A program made the position numbers and the translations under genes. Shown in pieces: positions 26,168 to 41,635 of a stretch of 64,000 bases of DNA. A model generated the notes under the pieces. The model did no database searches. It was not told where the DNA came from and worked only from the letters and a program-made list of their open reading frames with translations. The stretch comes from Octopus vulgaris (taxonomy: Eukaryota): assembly GCA_951406725.2 (NCBI GenBank), contig OX597830.1:58900001-58964000 (forward strand). Reading direction: 5' to 3'. The number at the start of each line of letters is the position of its first letter. Positions within the stretch are counted from its first letter, which is position 1.

Positions 26168-26652
26168 GGTGGTGACATGCTACGGCGGCTGTCGGTTATG
26201 GTGATGGGATACGGTGATGTTGTTGGTTTTGGGGGTGATGGTGGCGATGGCGATGATGATGATGCTGGTGGTGGTGGTGGTGGTGGGTGTGGTGATGATG
26301 AGGATGATGATGGCAGTGGTGGTTGTGATGATGTCATTGTTTTCGTGTATGTTTGAGATGTTAGATGTGTGTGTGTGTGTGTGTGTATTAATGGGTGCGT
26401 GTGTTCTGTGCGTGCATCTGTGTTGCCGTCTATCGCACGCTTGTTTGTGTGCTCATGTTGTGTGCATGTGTGTGCGTGCGTTTATAATCATGTGTGTATG
26501 TATGTGTGTACGTGTGTACGTATGTGTGTGCATGTATGTGTGTATGTATGCGTGTGCGTGTGTGTATGTGTGTGTGTGTAACAGCTTCTTCGTGATTAAC
26601 ACACTGCCATTAAAATGCCGTTAGTGAAAAGGGCGTATACATACATACACAC

Positions 26653-26685
<33 letters not shown>

Positions 26686-27171
26686 TACATACATACATAC
26701 ATACATACATACACCCAGACATGCATACATACATACATACATACATGCATGTATACATACATACATACACACATACATACATACATACATACATACATAC
26801 TTACACATACAGAATACATATACACACAAACACACACACATTCACACATACACATACGCGTACACACGTGTGCACATAGATACACGCGCAAATGCGATTT
26901 CATAGCGGCAATGAAATGCAGCATGGACGTTCGCACCCACATTGTACATTGCGTATAAGTTTCCTCAAATATACACACAAATATATACATACATTTATGC
27001 ATACACATGCGTAAATACATACACACGCGCGCGCGCATACATACATACATACGTCGATATATGTCCATAATTGCATCTATGTATGCATGGCTGAATACAT
27101 TGGTTAACAATTTATAAGGCATATCGAGACGGGTCGGGGAACATCCCGTAAACACACACACACACATGTAA

Positions 27172-27240
<69 letters not shown>

Positions 27241-27391
27241 CACAGATGTTTACATATACATACATACGTACGTATATACATACATACATACATACATACA
27301 TACATACATACATACATACATACATACGTACGTATATACATACATACATACATACATACATACATACATACATACATACATACATACATAC

Positions 27392-27447
<56 letters not shown>

Positions 27448-27660
27448 GATATATATATGCATGTATATATATATATATATACATATATATACATATATAT
27501 TCAGATATAGAGATATGCACACATAAACACACATATATACATAATGACAGACAGTTCTATACACATACATACATATACATACACACACAAACACACTCAA
27601 ATATATGCATAAATGCATAAATCTATATACTTAGATAGTTACAGCTACATGCGCACACAC

Positions 27661-27700
<40 letters not shown>
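24795..27700. repeat. Block of compound (TA)n,(TG)n,(CATA)n,(GA)n,(GGT/GAT/GTT)n low-complexity repeats
   Basis: Directly visible, with short unique islands in between. Confidence 0.9.
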
Positions 27701-27705
<5 letters not shown>

Positions 27706-28009
27706 CACGTATTAAAAGGAAGAAAGAAAAATGACAGACAGAAGGCAAGAAAGAAAGAGAGAATGAGAGAAGAAAAAAGGAAAAATAAATAAGAGAATGA
27801 AAGAAGCGTTTTGTGAATAGAGTGGATGATAATGTAATGAGAATAGGGCAGAGACAAGGTTTCGAGCGTTCAATGGCAACATCTCCGCAGTTCAGCAAAG
27901 CAAACGTCTTCTTCGCTGTCGTCGGATTACTTAAATGTTTTGTTTGTCGCATCGCAAGCAGCTGAACATCCTTAATGTCAGAGTGAGGCGAAACAGAATA
28001 AATAGATAA

Positions 28010-28930
<921 letters not shown>

Positions 28931-28954
28931 ATATGTATGTTTGTATGTATATTA

Positions 28955-29299
28955 TCTTTTTATCTTTGACTTGTTTCAGTCATTAGACTGCGGCCAGACT
29001 GGTGGTAACTGCTTTGAAGAGCTTTTAGTCGATTTTTTCTTTCTTTTTTCTGTAAGGCCTGGTATATTTTTTTTGCCGAACTGCTAAGTTACAAGGACAC
29101 AAACAAACTAACATCGGTTATCAAGCGGTGATGAGGCAAAAACACGCACACATACACATACGCTCGCGCGCGTACATACGTCAGGCTTCTTCTCAGTTTC
29201 CGCCCACCCAATCCACTCACAAGGTGGCATGCAGTGGAACTGAACCCGGAACCATGTGGTTGGAAAGCAAGCGCTTTATCACACTGTCACATCTGTGCC

Positions 29300-29302
<3 letters not shown>
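28955..29302 (-). mobile_element. SINE family B, degenerate
   Basis: TTGTTTCAGTCATTAGACTGCGGCC...GCAGTGGAACTGAACCCGGAACCATGTGG. Confidence 0.75.
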
Positions 29303-29732
<430 letters not shown>

Positions 29733-30100
29733 AGTAACATGTAAACAACAATATAGTATTATTAACAGAAAAAAGAACTGAAAAAACTTTAAATTGATAA
29801 ATTTCGGATGTATATGTATCATATGTCTGTGTATGTTTGTGTGTATGGCTGTGTGAGTGTGTACGTGTGTGAATGTGTACGTACGTGATTGTATCTGGAG
29901 TATCTATTTTCACTGCCCCCCCCCATCTCTCTCCTCACTCCACACCAATCTGGGTCCAATTTGCCCTCCTCTCCTTTCCACATGAATACAATAATCTATG
30001 AGCCTACGCACACGCATATACGCACATATTTATATATACACATATACATACATATACAGACAGATGCATATAGATATATATATACATACATATACATATA

Positions 30101-30154
<54 letters not shown>

Positions 30155-30175
30155 GATAAATAGATAGAGAGAGAT

Positions 30176-30220
<45 letters not shown>

Positions 30221-30460
30221 TAGTGGGGAAATACTGAGCGATAGAGATAAGGCGCATGACACGTGTGCGTGAATTAATGTTCAAGTGTGTGTGTATGTGA
30301 GTATATATTTGCTTGTATACAATATACACGTGGTTGCACATCCACACACGCTCACACATTCAGAGAGACACACGCATACACACACACACACACAACATGA
30401 AGTATGTACAGAGTTGTGTACACATTTGTGTGTTTGTATATATATATATATATGCATGTA

Positions 30461-30502
<42 letters not shown>

Positions 30503-31321
30503 GCGTACGTACAAGTGAGGTGTAATGTATATACGAAATACACGTGGGTTTTTGGAGAGAAGAAATACTTCAATGGTATACTTGAAGGGGAAGGTGCAGC
30601 CAATGGAAAAGGATGAGGAAGAAGTGAGCCTGGCCGGGCCAACACACGTGCTTTACGAGCAGGCGAGGAGTAAGTTTATGGACGGAAACTGTACGAGGCC
30701 GTCTAAAACCCTGTCAACGGCACACGTGCCCCCTCTCCGTCCGTGGCACATAATGGTTCTTCAAGGAAAACCAGCTCTACTAGTCGTTATACTTGCAGAG
30801 TTTTTAATTTCATACATACATACATAAATATATATATATATATATATACACACTCTCATACATATACATACATATAAACACACACACGTACATACACACG
30901 CATACATATACGCACACACACATACATATATATACAAATATATGTACATGCAGGTGTGTATGTATATATATGCACTCTATGCTTAATTATCGAAAGCATT
31001 ACCTTTTTTTATATATAGCGATGTAGGGAAGCCTTACTAGTGCATATTTTATTAAACACACTTTTTTTTAGTTGTGCACCAAAAGGAAAAGTGGAAACTC
31101 TGCTTAAAGCACACTTTTTTTCTTTTTCTTTGCGTTTTTTTTTTTTCGTTCTGTGAACAGAAAAAAAGAAGATTGGTCAGATTGGTTTCAGTGACTTTTA
31201 TCGTTTCATCATCAGAGATCGGTTACTCTTCTTTAATTTTTGTTCTTTGCGATCACAGAAATAACAATACCGTATAGCTATTTAGTGTGTCCCAACTCAG
31301 AAAAGTGATCAATTGGTTTAC

Positions 31322-31415
<94 letters not shown>

Positions 31416-31573
31416 CATACATACATATGCGTGTGACGTGTGTGTGCGTATGTATGTATGTATGTATATATATATATATATATATATATGCATGTGTATA
31501 CGTATAAATATGTGTATATGAATAAATACAGGCATACATTTAAGCTTGTTTGCGTTTGCTTATAAATATGTGT

Positions 31574-31625
<52 letters not shown>

Positions 31626-32931
31626 TATTCATGCATTCACGTTTTGACATACACATGCATACACAACTGATCCTTGAACATTGCTTGTCTGTCAAATTAC
31701 GGTATTGCCTTCATTAATAATATTTTCAGGCCCAACGACACTGGAAGCCCCATGGTTCCAAGGTCACACTCAGCAGGTTCGATCCTGAGTTACATATCTG
31801 TCACATATTTTATCGACGCTGGAACGGTTCGAACACAGAACGGAGATGGACGAACACCCAACCCTCTCTCATCCTACGACTCCTTGTTATTGTTGTTGCT
31901 GTTTAGCCAGCGGTCAACCTTGATCCGACCTGTGGTCAAAGGCTTTCCCCAAAATTGTTGTGTAACTAGAATTAAACTATCTAACGTGTCCTTGATTTGA
32001 GGCACATTTAGCTGCTATTCCTTGCACGATGTGGGACCACTTAGAGATTTTGTTGTTGGTCCGTATGTGTTTTTGCTTATACGTGTTTTGTGTATTTTGG
32101 GAATAAAAAATTTCGATGCTGTCGTAGCTGTTGTTGATGTTGTTGTTGTAGTTCTTCCAGCACATCTCTGATTAAACCCATTCCTACCATGACCATCCCG
32201 TCTTTTTGTATATCCAGGCTTGCATTGTCCAATGTGTCCTTACTGTCTGAAGATTCTAAAAAGTGAGTTGAAGGTAATGTGGGTGCTATTTCTAGCTAAT
32301 CGATTGACCAGCTGGAGTGTCTCTAAGTTGTACGGTTGTTATGTACGAGTTTATTTTCTTTTTCTTTTCCAATCAGCTGTGTCATAGTTTGATTGGTAAT
32401 TTTTTCATCAAAGGTACATTAACATTATTTAATATGCAACAAATAAGAATAGTTTTTTTAAAAAAAACATTCACTCGATTAAATACGATAGCAAAAATGA
32501 AAAACAAAATGTAAAAAAGTCACAAAACACACAAATAAACACGCAACCAATCCAAACATATTCTCTCATTTTGCGGTGGAAATATAACTTGTCATATTCA
32601 TGTATGTCTTGAAGATAACAGCAAAATTGGGTGTATAATATCCATAGCTGGAATTGAACCTGGATCGTATATATCAGCATGTATCGAACTCAGAGACTAC
32701 GATACAAGCTAAATCGGAGAAAGAAGGTTTGATTAGTTATGGCGAATTATTGACATAGCGTTAATATTTAGTTTTTCAGTTGTCGATCTAAAAGCACATG
32801 TACAAAAAAATTATTTCTTGATTCATACGGAACACAAAATCATTAGAGTAGCGTGCCAGATGTACCGGCTGATGATACACACAACACAGTATTCAACAAA
32901 TATATACTGACATAGTAAATTCAACATTTAA

Positions 32932-32970
<39 letters not shown>

Positions 32971-33155
32971 ATCTGAAGAAAAGATTAATACGAAAATGTA
33001 AAACATAAATTTAAATGTGTAAAATAAAAGAATAAATAAAATTGTTATTAAATTGATGTAATTATTAAAAACAAAAAAAAATACAGAAGAAAAACAAAAA
33101 ATCAATAACAAAAACAAGAAAGAAGAAACTTTACAACGTGGTTATCAGTGTGAGC

Positions 33156-33200
<45 letters not shown>

Positions 33201-33593
33201 CATACATATGTATGTGTGTATGTATATTTATATATACGTACATACATGCGTACATGTGTGTGTGTACACATTCCCACACACATGTGTATATATGTTTGTG
33301 TATATTATTATCCGTGTGTAAATTAGTAAGCCTCTCTTGAGGATGGTGCTCATCAGATGACCTCTCATGACCTTTAAACCAAAATAGAAGTTTAGAATAT
33401 GAACGAGTATTGAACCCAGCCGACGTGCAGTTGAGGGAGGCGTCCGACTGTAATTGGTAACCAGTATTAAGTAAGGAAGAGAACGGAGGGGTAGAGAGAG
33501 AGAGAGAGAGAGAGAGAGTATAAGGAAAATAGTAAGAGAGAGAAGGGGGAGAGAGAAGGAGAGGGAGTGGGGAGATGTTTGTCAAGGACTTAC

Positions 33594-33927
33594 CTCTATA
33601 AGGTGAACTCCATGTAGGTTCGATGCTTGTATTTTGACCATAGGTCATGTTGTAAAAAACATTATAGTCAATCAAAACACCACCATGGTAAATATAGTTC
33701 GGTGCGTGTACGTGCTCCGGTTGTGACGTAGTAGCCGGCTCCGAGAGCCCAAGCACGCTTGCATTGTTACCCCGGGCACCAATACGGGTGCTAGCCGTGG
33801 TGGTAGTGGTAGTGGTCATCGGTGAATGTCGAAGCGTCTTATTAGCGGCTCTATACTCCTTGGTCCCCGCCACCAGGGCTAATAGCATGGTAAACAGTGC
33901 TGGTAATAAAGTTCCCTTGTCTCCCAT
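33594..33927 (-). CDS. Probable first coding exon of a host secreted or membrane protein
   Basis: MGDKGTLLPALFTMLLALVAG (hydrophobic signal-like), a Thr run, and N-X-S/T sequons NKT, NAS, NMT and NTS. Non-repetitive and GC-elevated; ends ...WSSPYR at donor AG|GTAAGT (intron starts 33593, phase 1). The ORF beyond the donor runs into microsatellite. Confidence 0.7.
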
Positions 33928-34059
33928 GATCGGCTACATCCACTTCAGTAAGACGCTAACGCAAGCCAGGGAGAGTGCCGTCGAAAAGTCTAATGGTGAA
34001 AAAAGCGCGGGAAAAGCACAATGTTCCCTAAACAATGAAAACAGAGCAGTCGCGGTTCA

Positions 34060-34420
34060 GGTGGAGTCAATTGAACCCTATTTGCTGCCAACTACTGGCG
34101 CCTTTTATGACGTTTCAACATGTAGTCTACCAATGATAAACTTAATAACTAACTGATCATTAGTTGAAAAAGGCTCTGAGTTTCTCCTATTTTTTTGCCC
34201 GATAAACACAATAGATTTCAAAACAGGCGGAGACTGTCACCTGCCAATCACAGGTGTGCGCGGAGAACGGGCGGGGAGCGTATCGTTTGGCAGTACTTCT
34301 ATAGCACTGGCTGCTGCTGCTGCCGTTGCTGCTGCTGTTGCCGCCGTTGCTGCTGACACTGCTGCTGGTGCTGCCCATCAGGGATGATGCTACTGGTGCT
34401 GGCTATTCAACCCTTGCTGC
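34060..34420 (-). promoter_or_regulatory. Candidate proximal promoter of the 33.9 kb gene
   Basis: TATA-like CATAAAAG (minus, 34102-34109) next to TGACG; CCAAT at 34244 between inverted E-boxes CACCTG/CAGGTG; GC box GGGCGGGG at 34269-34276; (GCT)n-rich, CpG-retaining sequence. Confidence 0.5.
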
Positions 34421-35453
34421 TGCTGTTCTCATCCACGACGACCTTATGCACAGCTTATACAGCTAACTTCCATTTACACCAGACTAGAGGTCGTTGCCCA
34501 GCTTCCTTCCCTTCATCCCTTTTTTGCCACAACCAAAAGAGAAACTTGCAGTTCAAGAGATGGAGGAAATTTCCCAGTGGTTCAAACGACGAAGAGAAAG
34601 AGAGAGAGAGAGAGAGAGAAAAGGCAAGGCTTTTTGCGTGTGTGCACGCGTGCACACGCGCATGTGTGCGTAATGTTTTGTATGTGTTCACACACACGCT
34701 GATGTGTGATGCTCTTTCTTGCATCTGTGTGTATGTAAGGGCATGTGTCACTTGGGGAGCGACTGTTACTCAACCAAAATAACTTATCCACTCGTGAATG
34801 TGAATACATTCGCGTTGCATCTTCATCGTAAGGGTGGGAAAAAAAATCAATTGGGCATCTCGTTGTGACTCAGTAAAGAGAGGAAGAGAAAATGGATGAA
34901 GATGAGGAAAAGAATGACGAAAAAGAGAGAGAGTTTGAGAGAGAGGGGGTGGGAATTCCAGGGAATGGAATTCGGTTAGGGTCAATGTATGAAGTAACCA
35001 GCTACCTTTCTGAAAAGGTCTGTAATAGAATGACCAGTGGAGAGAAACGCTGTCCGGAGAGTATCAGCCAGAAATTTATTACTACATTCGACTGAGTTAC
35101 GCCTTTTTTTTTTAAAAAAAAGAAGGAATATTGTACATCAACAATAAAAAGTATTAAAAACAAAAACAAGGACAAGAACGTCACTGGAAGTATTTGTTAG
35201 TTGAAGTAGTAATAATAAAAATTTAAATATTATAACAAAAAAAAACAATGATTTGTTTCTTTATTTGCCTCAGGGTCGATGGAAGAAAGGATATTACAAT
35301 AACAAATCCCCCAAAAAATTTTTTAAACGGTGAGGAATTTCATAGAATCGAGTAAGCGAAAACGGGCACTAAAAAAGAGAAAAAAAGAAAAAAGAAAAAA
35401 AAAATCTTGTAAAAGAATGTGAAATGAAAACGTCCCTGTAGGGAGAATAGCTT

Positions 35454-36056
<603 letters not shown>

Positions 36057-37100
36057 GGCTTTAATCTGATTTGATGATATGAACATGTATTTCATCTAGT
36101 ATCAAATATTAAAAAAAAAAGGTGTGGTGGTGGATTTTTGCCGTTCAAATAGCACCTCTCCCCCAAAGTAATAAAATTCCAATGATATGTGTATCTCCAC
36201 GCCCCTAATTTGTGCTTGTAGCAACAGTAGTCGTTGCAGTAGCATCCGTTTTTTCCCGATCCTTCAAATCCTGTTGCTCTTTGCAATGCAGTCGCTGCTC
36301 AATGTTGCAACTGGTGACTAATCCAGCTTGTTTATTCCCAACTTAACAAAATTATATTTCTAATATTTAGGTTTAGATATTTACATTTCCTTCCCCACCT
36401 CACCTGTTTTTTGTTATGCCTAGAATGAAGTATAAAATTTAATGTTATAAAAAATATCTGAAATATTTGTCACTAAAATAACGAGTTGACACAACTGACA
36501 TCTGACGTCTCTCAATTGCAATGTGTTCTTAATATTAAATTCAAAACACAAACAATGGCCTTTTCCTTACTATTTTGGGCCTGATAACTTTTTGAAGTGA
36601 AGACCTGAGGTTGATCAGCAAACCTCATTGTAAAGAATGTGTCACAAGGAAATCCCCAAACTCTTACTTCGGTGACATAATAATGCTAATAATAATGATT
36701 TAAAACAAATTTGTGAGAGGGGTTTTGTCGATTAAAACTAATCTTGTGCTTGACTGATACTTTAGAGGCCCCAGAATGATGACATGCAAAGCTGTCTTCG
36801 GCGCCTGGTATAAACACCGAAGTTCAAGAGTGGAAACAAATAGCACAAGGAATTTTCTCCGATGCAGTAGTGGTTCTGCCAATCTACCACCTGTTTCAAG
36901 TTTTAGCAAAAGACCAGCAAGCTTAAGGGAGTGGGATCAGTTGATTCCATAAACCTTAGTGGACAACTGGTACATATTTTAGCGCTGTCAAATGGATGAA
37001 AGGCAAAGTGTATCGGTGGCGGAATTTGAACTCAGAACACAGAGACAAGAAATGCTGCAAAGCATTTTGTCCGTCTTCACCACCCTACTAATAAAAATAT

Positions 37101-37331
37101 ATTTCTTTACTACCCACAAGGGGCTAAACACAGAGGGGACAAACAAGGACAGACAAACAGATTAAGTCGATTACATCGACCCCAGTGCGTAACTGGTACT
37201 TTATTTATCGACCCCGAAAGGATGAAAGGCAAAGTCGACCTCGACGGAATTTGAACCCAGTACGTAACGGCAGACGAAATATGGCTACATATTTCGCCCG
37301 GCGTGCTAACGTTTCTGCCAGTTCGCCGCCT
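37101..37331 (-). mobile_element. Full-length CORE-SINE; two older copies precede it at ~36700-37080
   Basis: Complete head, CORE domain and tail; target-site duplication ACTAATAAAAATA. Confidence 0.9.
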
Positions 37332-38385
37332 CACTAATAAAAATAATGACAACAATGGTTTCTTGCCATAAAAAAGTTCTAAGTTTGGAAATTAAAAGTT
37401 TGGAAATTAAAAGTGTAGTTTAACGTTATTGATATTTTAAAATTGTTGTTAAGTAAGAAGGACATATCGCCATGACCGATCCAGTTCACGAAAATACATA
37501 ACAGATGCAATAATAATGAGAAAGCCAAGACAATGAATCTCCTTTCGGCTACAAAACGAATAACGAGAAGGAACCACGTGAAAAGATTTGCTAGTGGGAT
37601 GCACCAAAATTAAATTTTGTGATGGTGTCTTAAGATTGTAGCAAGTATTATGCTAGAAAATTCCATACTATATTCTCAGGTGCAACTATGGAAATTTATT
37701 TAATATTTATGGGGCGTGTGTTGAGTGAATTTTGCAAAAATTTTCTTTTCCAAACTGAAATGGTAAATCACCGTAGACGAATAACACAGTTTTGTAGCGT
37801 CAATATTTACAAGAATTTTTCATAATCAAAATGTGAATTTTGAAATGACACTAGACATTGAATCACACTACTTTCCATATGAAAAAAATAAAAGCCAGAT
37901 TTTTAAACCATTTAAAAAAAAACTAAACACTAGCAGGTCATTCAACCACCTACAAGCTTCGTCATTGGTCTATCTCAGTAATAATTTTGTTGTTATTTAG
38001 CATCAACTGAACCCTGATACAGCAAACCTATGCTGCTATAAAAACATCTCTGGTTATTAAAGAAGGGTTTTGTTAGGGGAGATTTTCAGTTTAAATTTTT
38101 CTGTTGTCGAACATTCATCGCTTTCTCAATGGACCCGGAAGTTGTTGTTCGCAAACAGCAGCAGTAACTTTCTTCAGCTGAATACACGTCATTGATTGGT
38201 TAAAATTACCCAAATAACTCCTAAAATAAAACATTTTATCAAAAACGACCTCGAACCCACAAGTGTGAACAAGAGAGACAGAGCAAGGCAGAAACAAGGA
38301 AAATGCCACTTATATTTGAACACTATACAAATATTCCTTTAAAAAAACATTTCTTTTAATTTTTCTAAATTTAATTATTTAATCG

Positions 38386-38428
38386 TTACAGTTGAAAAGG
38401 TCTCAAAATGACTGAAACCGGTACTGAA
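38386..38428 (+). ncRNA. Degenerate minimal hammerhead motif
   Basis: CAG-TTGAAAA-GGTC[TCAAAAT]GACT-GAAA-CCGG-TA-CTG. Palindromic stem III ACCGGT; the core differs from CTGAAGA at two positions. Confidence 0.55.
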
Positions 38429-38512
38429 ATGTTCTTTATAAAATTATTTTAGCATCTTCTATTTTGACTTATTTTTTCATATATATCAACTCGTGTGCTC
38501 CTTTTCATCCTT

Positions 38513-38552
<40 letters not shown>

Positions 38553-38564
38553 GAATGGAGCAAA

Positions 38565-39558
38565 AGCGCAATAGAGGACAATAAAACATTCGGACAGATA
38601 GATGATACAAAGGCGGTCAAGTTAGACAACAATTAGGACAAGCAAAAAAAAAAAAAAGACGGGTAATTCATGGCCTGCTTTCCTCAGTCAGGTACCAGAA
38701 GTCACGACCGTTTCGGGCAGTTACACGTGAGACAGTTCGATCACGTTGCCCCCCAAAAAAGTTTAAGCTACGAGCATTGGATCCCTTTGTAAGAAAGCTT
38801 GCGAATGTGTACGGCAAGAAAGACAAACAGATGGAGAACATGGTACACAAAAAGACAAAAAACGGATAACATGGTACACAATTACGAATACAAGCAACAA
38901 GAAAATAACAACAGGTGTCTTTCGACTGAGAACGAATACAATTGAGCTTGCGTGTATGAAATGAAAGCCTAAAGGCAGGAACATAGGGTATGGACATAAG
39001 AGGTATTGGCGGTCGGCAGTCAGGCCAAGAAAGAAAGATCATGGCTGGCCGGCCACCAGTTACGTGGAAGGAGGAGTGATGAGTAGGGTGCAGCGGTATT
39101 GAAGGATTAGTAAAAAATCAGAGACAAAGAGAAAGATACAGGGGAGATAAACGAGTGGGAAATAGTGGTAGTTAAAGAAAGAGAGGGCCAAGAAATGTGA
39201 GAGGAGGGGCAGCGAGAAAAAGAAAAAAAGTAAGAAAGTAAGAGAGGGACTAAAAGGTAGAGTAAGTGTCGTACAAAATTTAGATCCATACCTACTATAA
39301 GGTGGGCACAAGTGTGTAGTACGTCGCTATATGTATATAAATATAAAAGTAGAACAAAAACGCAGTACACGACACTAAAACATTCGGACAGATCGACAAT
39401 ACAAAGGCGGACGAGAGAAAAAACAATTAGAAGGACAGGCAAACAAAGGCGGGTCATTAGTGGCCTTCTTTCCTCAGTTAAGTACCAGAATTCACGACCG
39501 TTTCGGGAAGTTACACTAAAGGTGGTTCGATGTGGTTGCCCACAATTAGTCTAAGCTA
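38565..39558 (-). repeat. Diverged ~200 bp direct repeats (38565-38775, 39345-39558), pseudo-LTR-like
   Basis: Shared TAAAACATTCGGACAGAT...TACAAAGGCGG...TTTCCTCAGT.A.GTACCAGAA.TCACGACCGTTTCGGG.AGTTACAC...TAAGCTA. Confidence 0.75.
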
Positions 39559-39599
39559 ATATACAAAACACTTTTGAGACACTTTTCCTCACTTTTTTT

Positions 39600-40995
39600 A
39601 CAACATTAGAAGTTACATTCAAGGTGATGAAAAAGCACCATTAGTGGAAAACAAACTCATGTCAATTTCCTTTTCTAGGTCCGCTATTTGATCTCCCTAC
39701 TTTTCCTTTAGCTTCATCGTTGCTCACCACTGCGCACTCAACGTGCTCGGGCCAATCCTTACACTTTGTCCAACGACACACGCGAGTTTATCACTATTCT
39801 TAATACATTTGCATACAAAATAGCATACATTTTCTCTTTTTCTGTTTTCTTTTCCTTTTCGGGTGGGATGGAGGAATTTCGGGCATCTGGGTGTCTGCGC
39901 GAGTATCTGTATCAGGAAGGGCAGGGTGAGGGTCGGTGTCTGCATGGGGAGGGTGGGACAGCATGGGATTAGCTGGAAGTCAAGTAGGATGGGGGTTCAC
40001 AATTTTCCTCCGTTCTTTTCTTTTCTCTTTTCTGCCTTTTTGGTGCACACTCCATCCGTCCGATTTCTGGTTCTCTTCTTCCTTCCCCGGTTCCTCTTTT
40101 TCATACGACGTCGCAAGAGGTGGAGGTGCGGCTTCTTTCATCGGTTCTTTTGCGCTGGGTTGAAGGCATTCTACTTTTATGTGACCCTTTTCGCCACATT
40201 TAAAGTATCGGGGCGTCTTAACTTCCACCATAGCTCTCAACTTTACGTCTTCACCGACTGTGATGGTTTCCACCATCCTCTCCAAATTTTCTGGGGCGGC
40301 ATGGATTACCATTTCCAGGCTCTGCCCTTGTCAATTCCTCGTAAACACTCTCTTAGCCTGGAGGACCACAGTTTTGTCGTCCAGCTACAACAGGATGGTG
40401 GCCACCAGCCAGGCAACATCCCCTCAGGGGGAGTCTCTTCTACCCTTACCCTAGAAGCACGTCTTGAGGTAAGTCACGGTATGCTGCCAGGCCACAGCCT
40501 CTGACGCAAACCGCACCTCCACCGTTGCAAATTTTCTTCCTCTAGTGAGGTAATTTATTTTCTTCCATATGGGTTTCAAAGCCCTTTCAACCTCTACTTT
40601 GGTTGTGATCTATATTCGACGGCGTTTCACGCTGTGCGTTCTGTACAGTATAGTTCTTCTTGTGACTTCTTCCATGGTCTCGCTGTGACGGTACACCTTT
40701 ACTTCGTTCTCCTCCCTTTTCAGCATATCTTTGAATTTGTTCAAATCTCCTAGGCATACGTCTTCATTCTTCTCCTTTACCGGCTCTGCAAATGTCTTCA
40801 CCTCTCTCGTTTCATCAATTTTCTTTAAACATTTCCCCAGCTCTTCCTCAGACGACGACAAGTCTGAGGAGTTAATCTTCTCTATTAACATTTCCATTGC
40901 GGCGCTTTCCCTTTCAAACAAGGAGGAAAGTCGTTAACAAGGCCGCCATAAACCGCAAAACAATGCGATCGGTAGTAGTTCCACCCTAAGTTTCT
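39600..40995 (-). mobile_element. Tx1/L1-like ORF1 (gag-like zinc knuckle) pseudogene
   Basis: ORF pieces 40610-40921 and 39980-40312; motifs TRGRKFATVEVRFASE and PRYFKCGEKGHIKVEC (CCHC knuckle with first Cys replaced by Tyr). Confidence 0.78.
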
Positions 40996-40999
40996 ATAG

Positions 41000-41635
41000 G
41001 TTAGTGGAGGAAAAGTGCGACGACGTTCTCGAGGATCAACTTACTGGTCTCTTGCGGAGAATTTTGGGGCCGGCGCCTATGGATAACTTCCAGAAATCCC
41101 TCGCCTGAAAGTGCTACCGCGGGGCGCTGCCTGTTCGAGATAACCTTTACAGGCACGGAAGTGCTGTTAGCCGGGCCTGCCCGGGTTGAGCTCAGAGCGA
41201 CGAAACCGTTCTGCACGCACTTGTCCAGTGTTCGAGCATTGCTGACCTGTGGGTTTATGTGGAACAGCTGCTGTCGCGTGTAGGACGGATCCGGCTATCA
41301 GCTAAATCCATACTAAATCCATACTGGCCTCCTTTTACCGGGAGGGGAAGGCAATTTTCATTAGCCTGGTGGCTGTAGCAAAAGAGGTGGACTCGATTGA
41401 AGGGGCTAAAGTCAGACACTTTCCTCTTTGGCCAAACCCTCATCAACTTTGTCAAGTATCACTTGAAAAGGAAAGTGAGGTTGGAGAAGGAAGTGTTGTC
41501 TTCTAACAAGTTTGCTGAAAGATAGATGAATGTTTGAAGAATGGCCAGTGTGAAAGGAACAATTCAGAGCATTCACCTGTAAAAAGGAAATGAAAGGAGA
41601 AGGTTTCTCGCCCTGCTGATCAGGCATACAGTCTG
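41000..41635 (+). mobile_element. Tx1/L1-like ORF2 3' fragment
   Basis: ACPG*AQSDETVLHALVQCSSIADLW (C-terminal Zn finger of L1/Tx1 ORF2). The 3' end is homologous to 62190-62310 (minus). Confidence 0.72.

Noticed and set aside
27840-27990. Unique island as a possible minus-strand exon
   Set aside because: No convincing acceptor/donor pair or recognisable protein motif.
33320-33365. CTGATGA on the minus strand as a possible hammerhead (also at 31209, ~20890, ~42545)
   Set aside because: No stem II followed by GAAA with a pairing stem I.
33764-34156. 130-aa plus-strand ORF
   Set aside because: Antisense shadow of the signal-peptide exon and its 5' region, with a non-ATG start.
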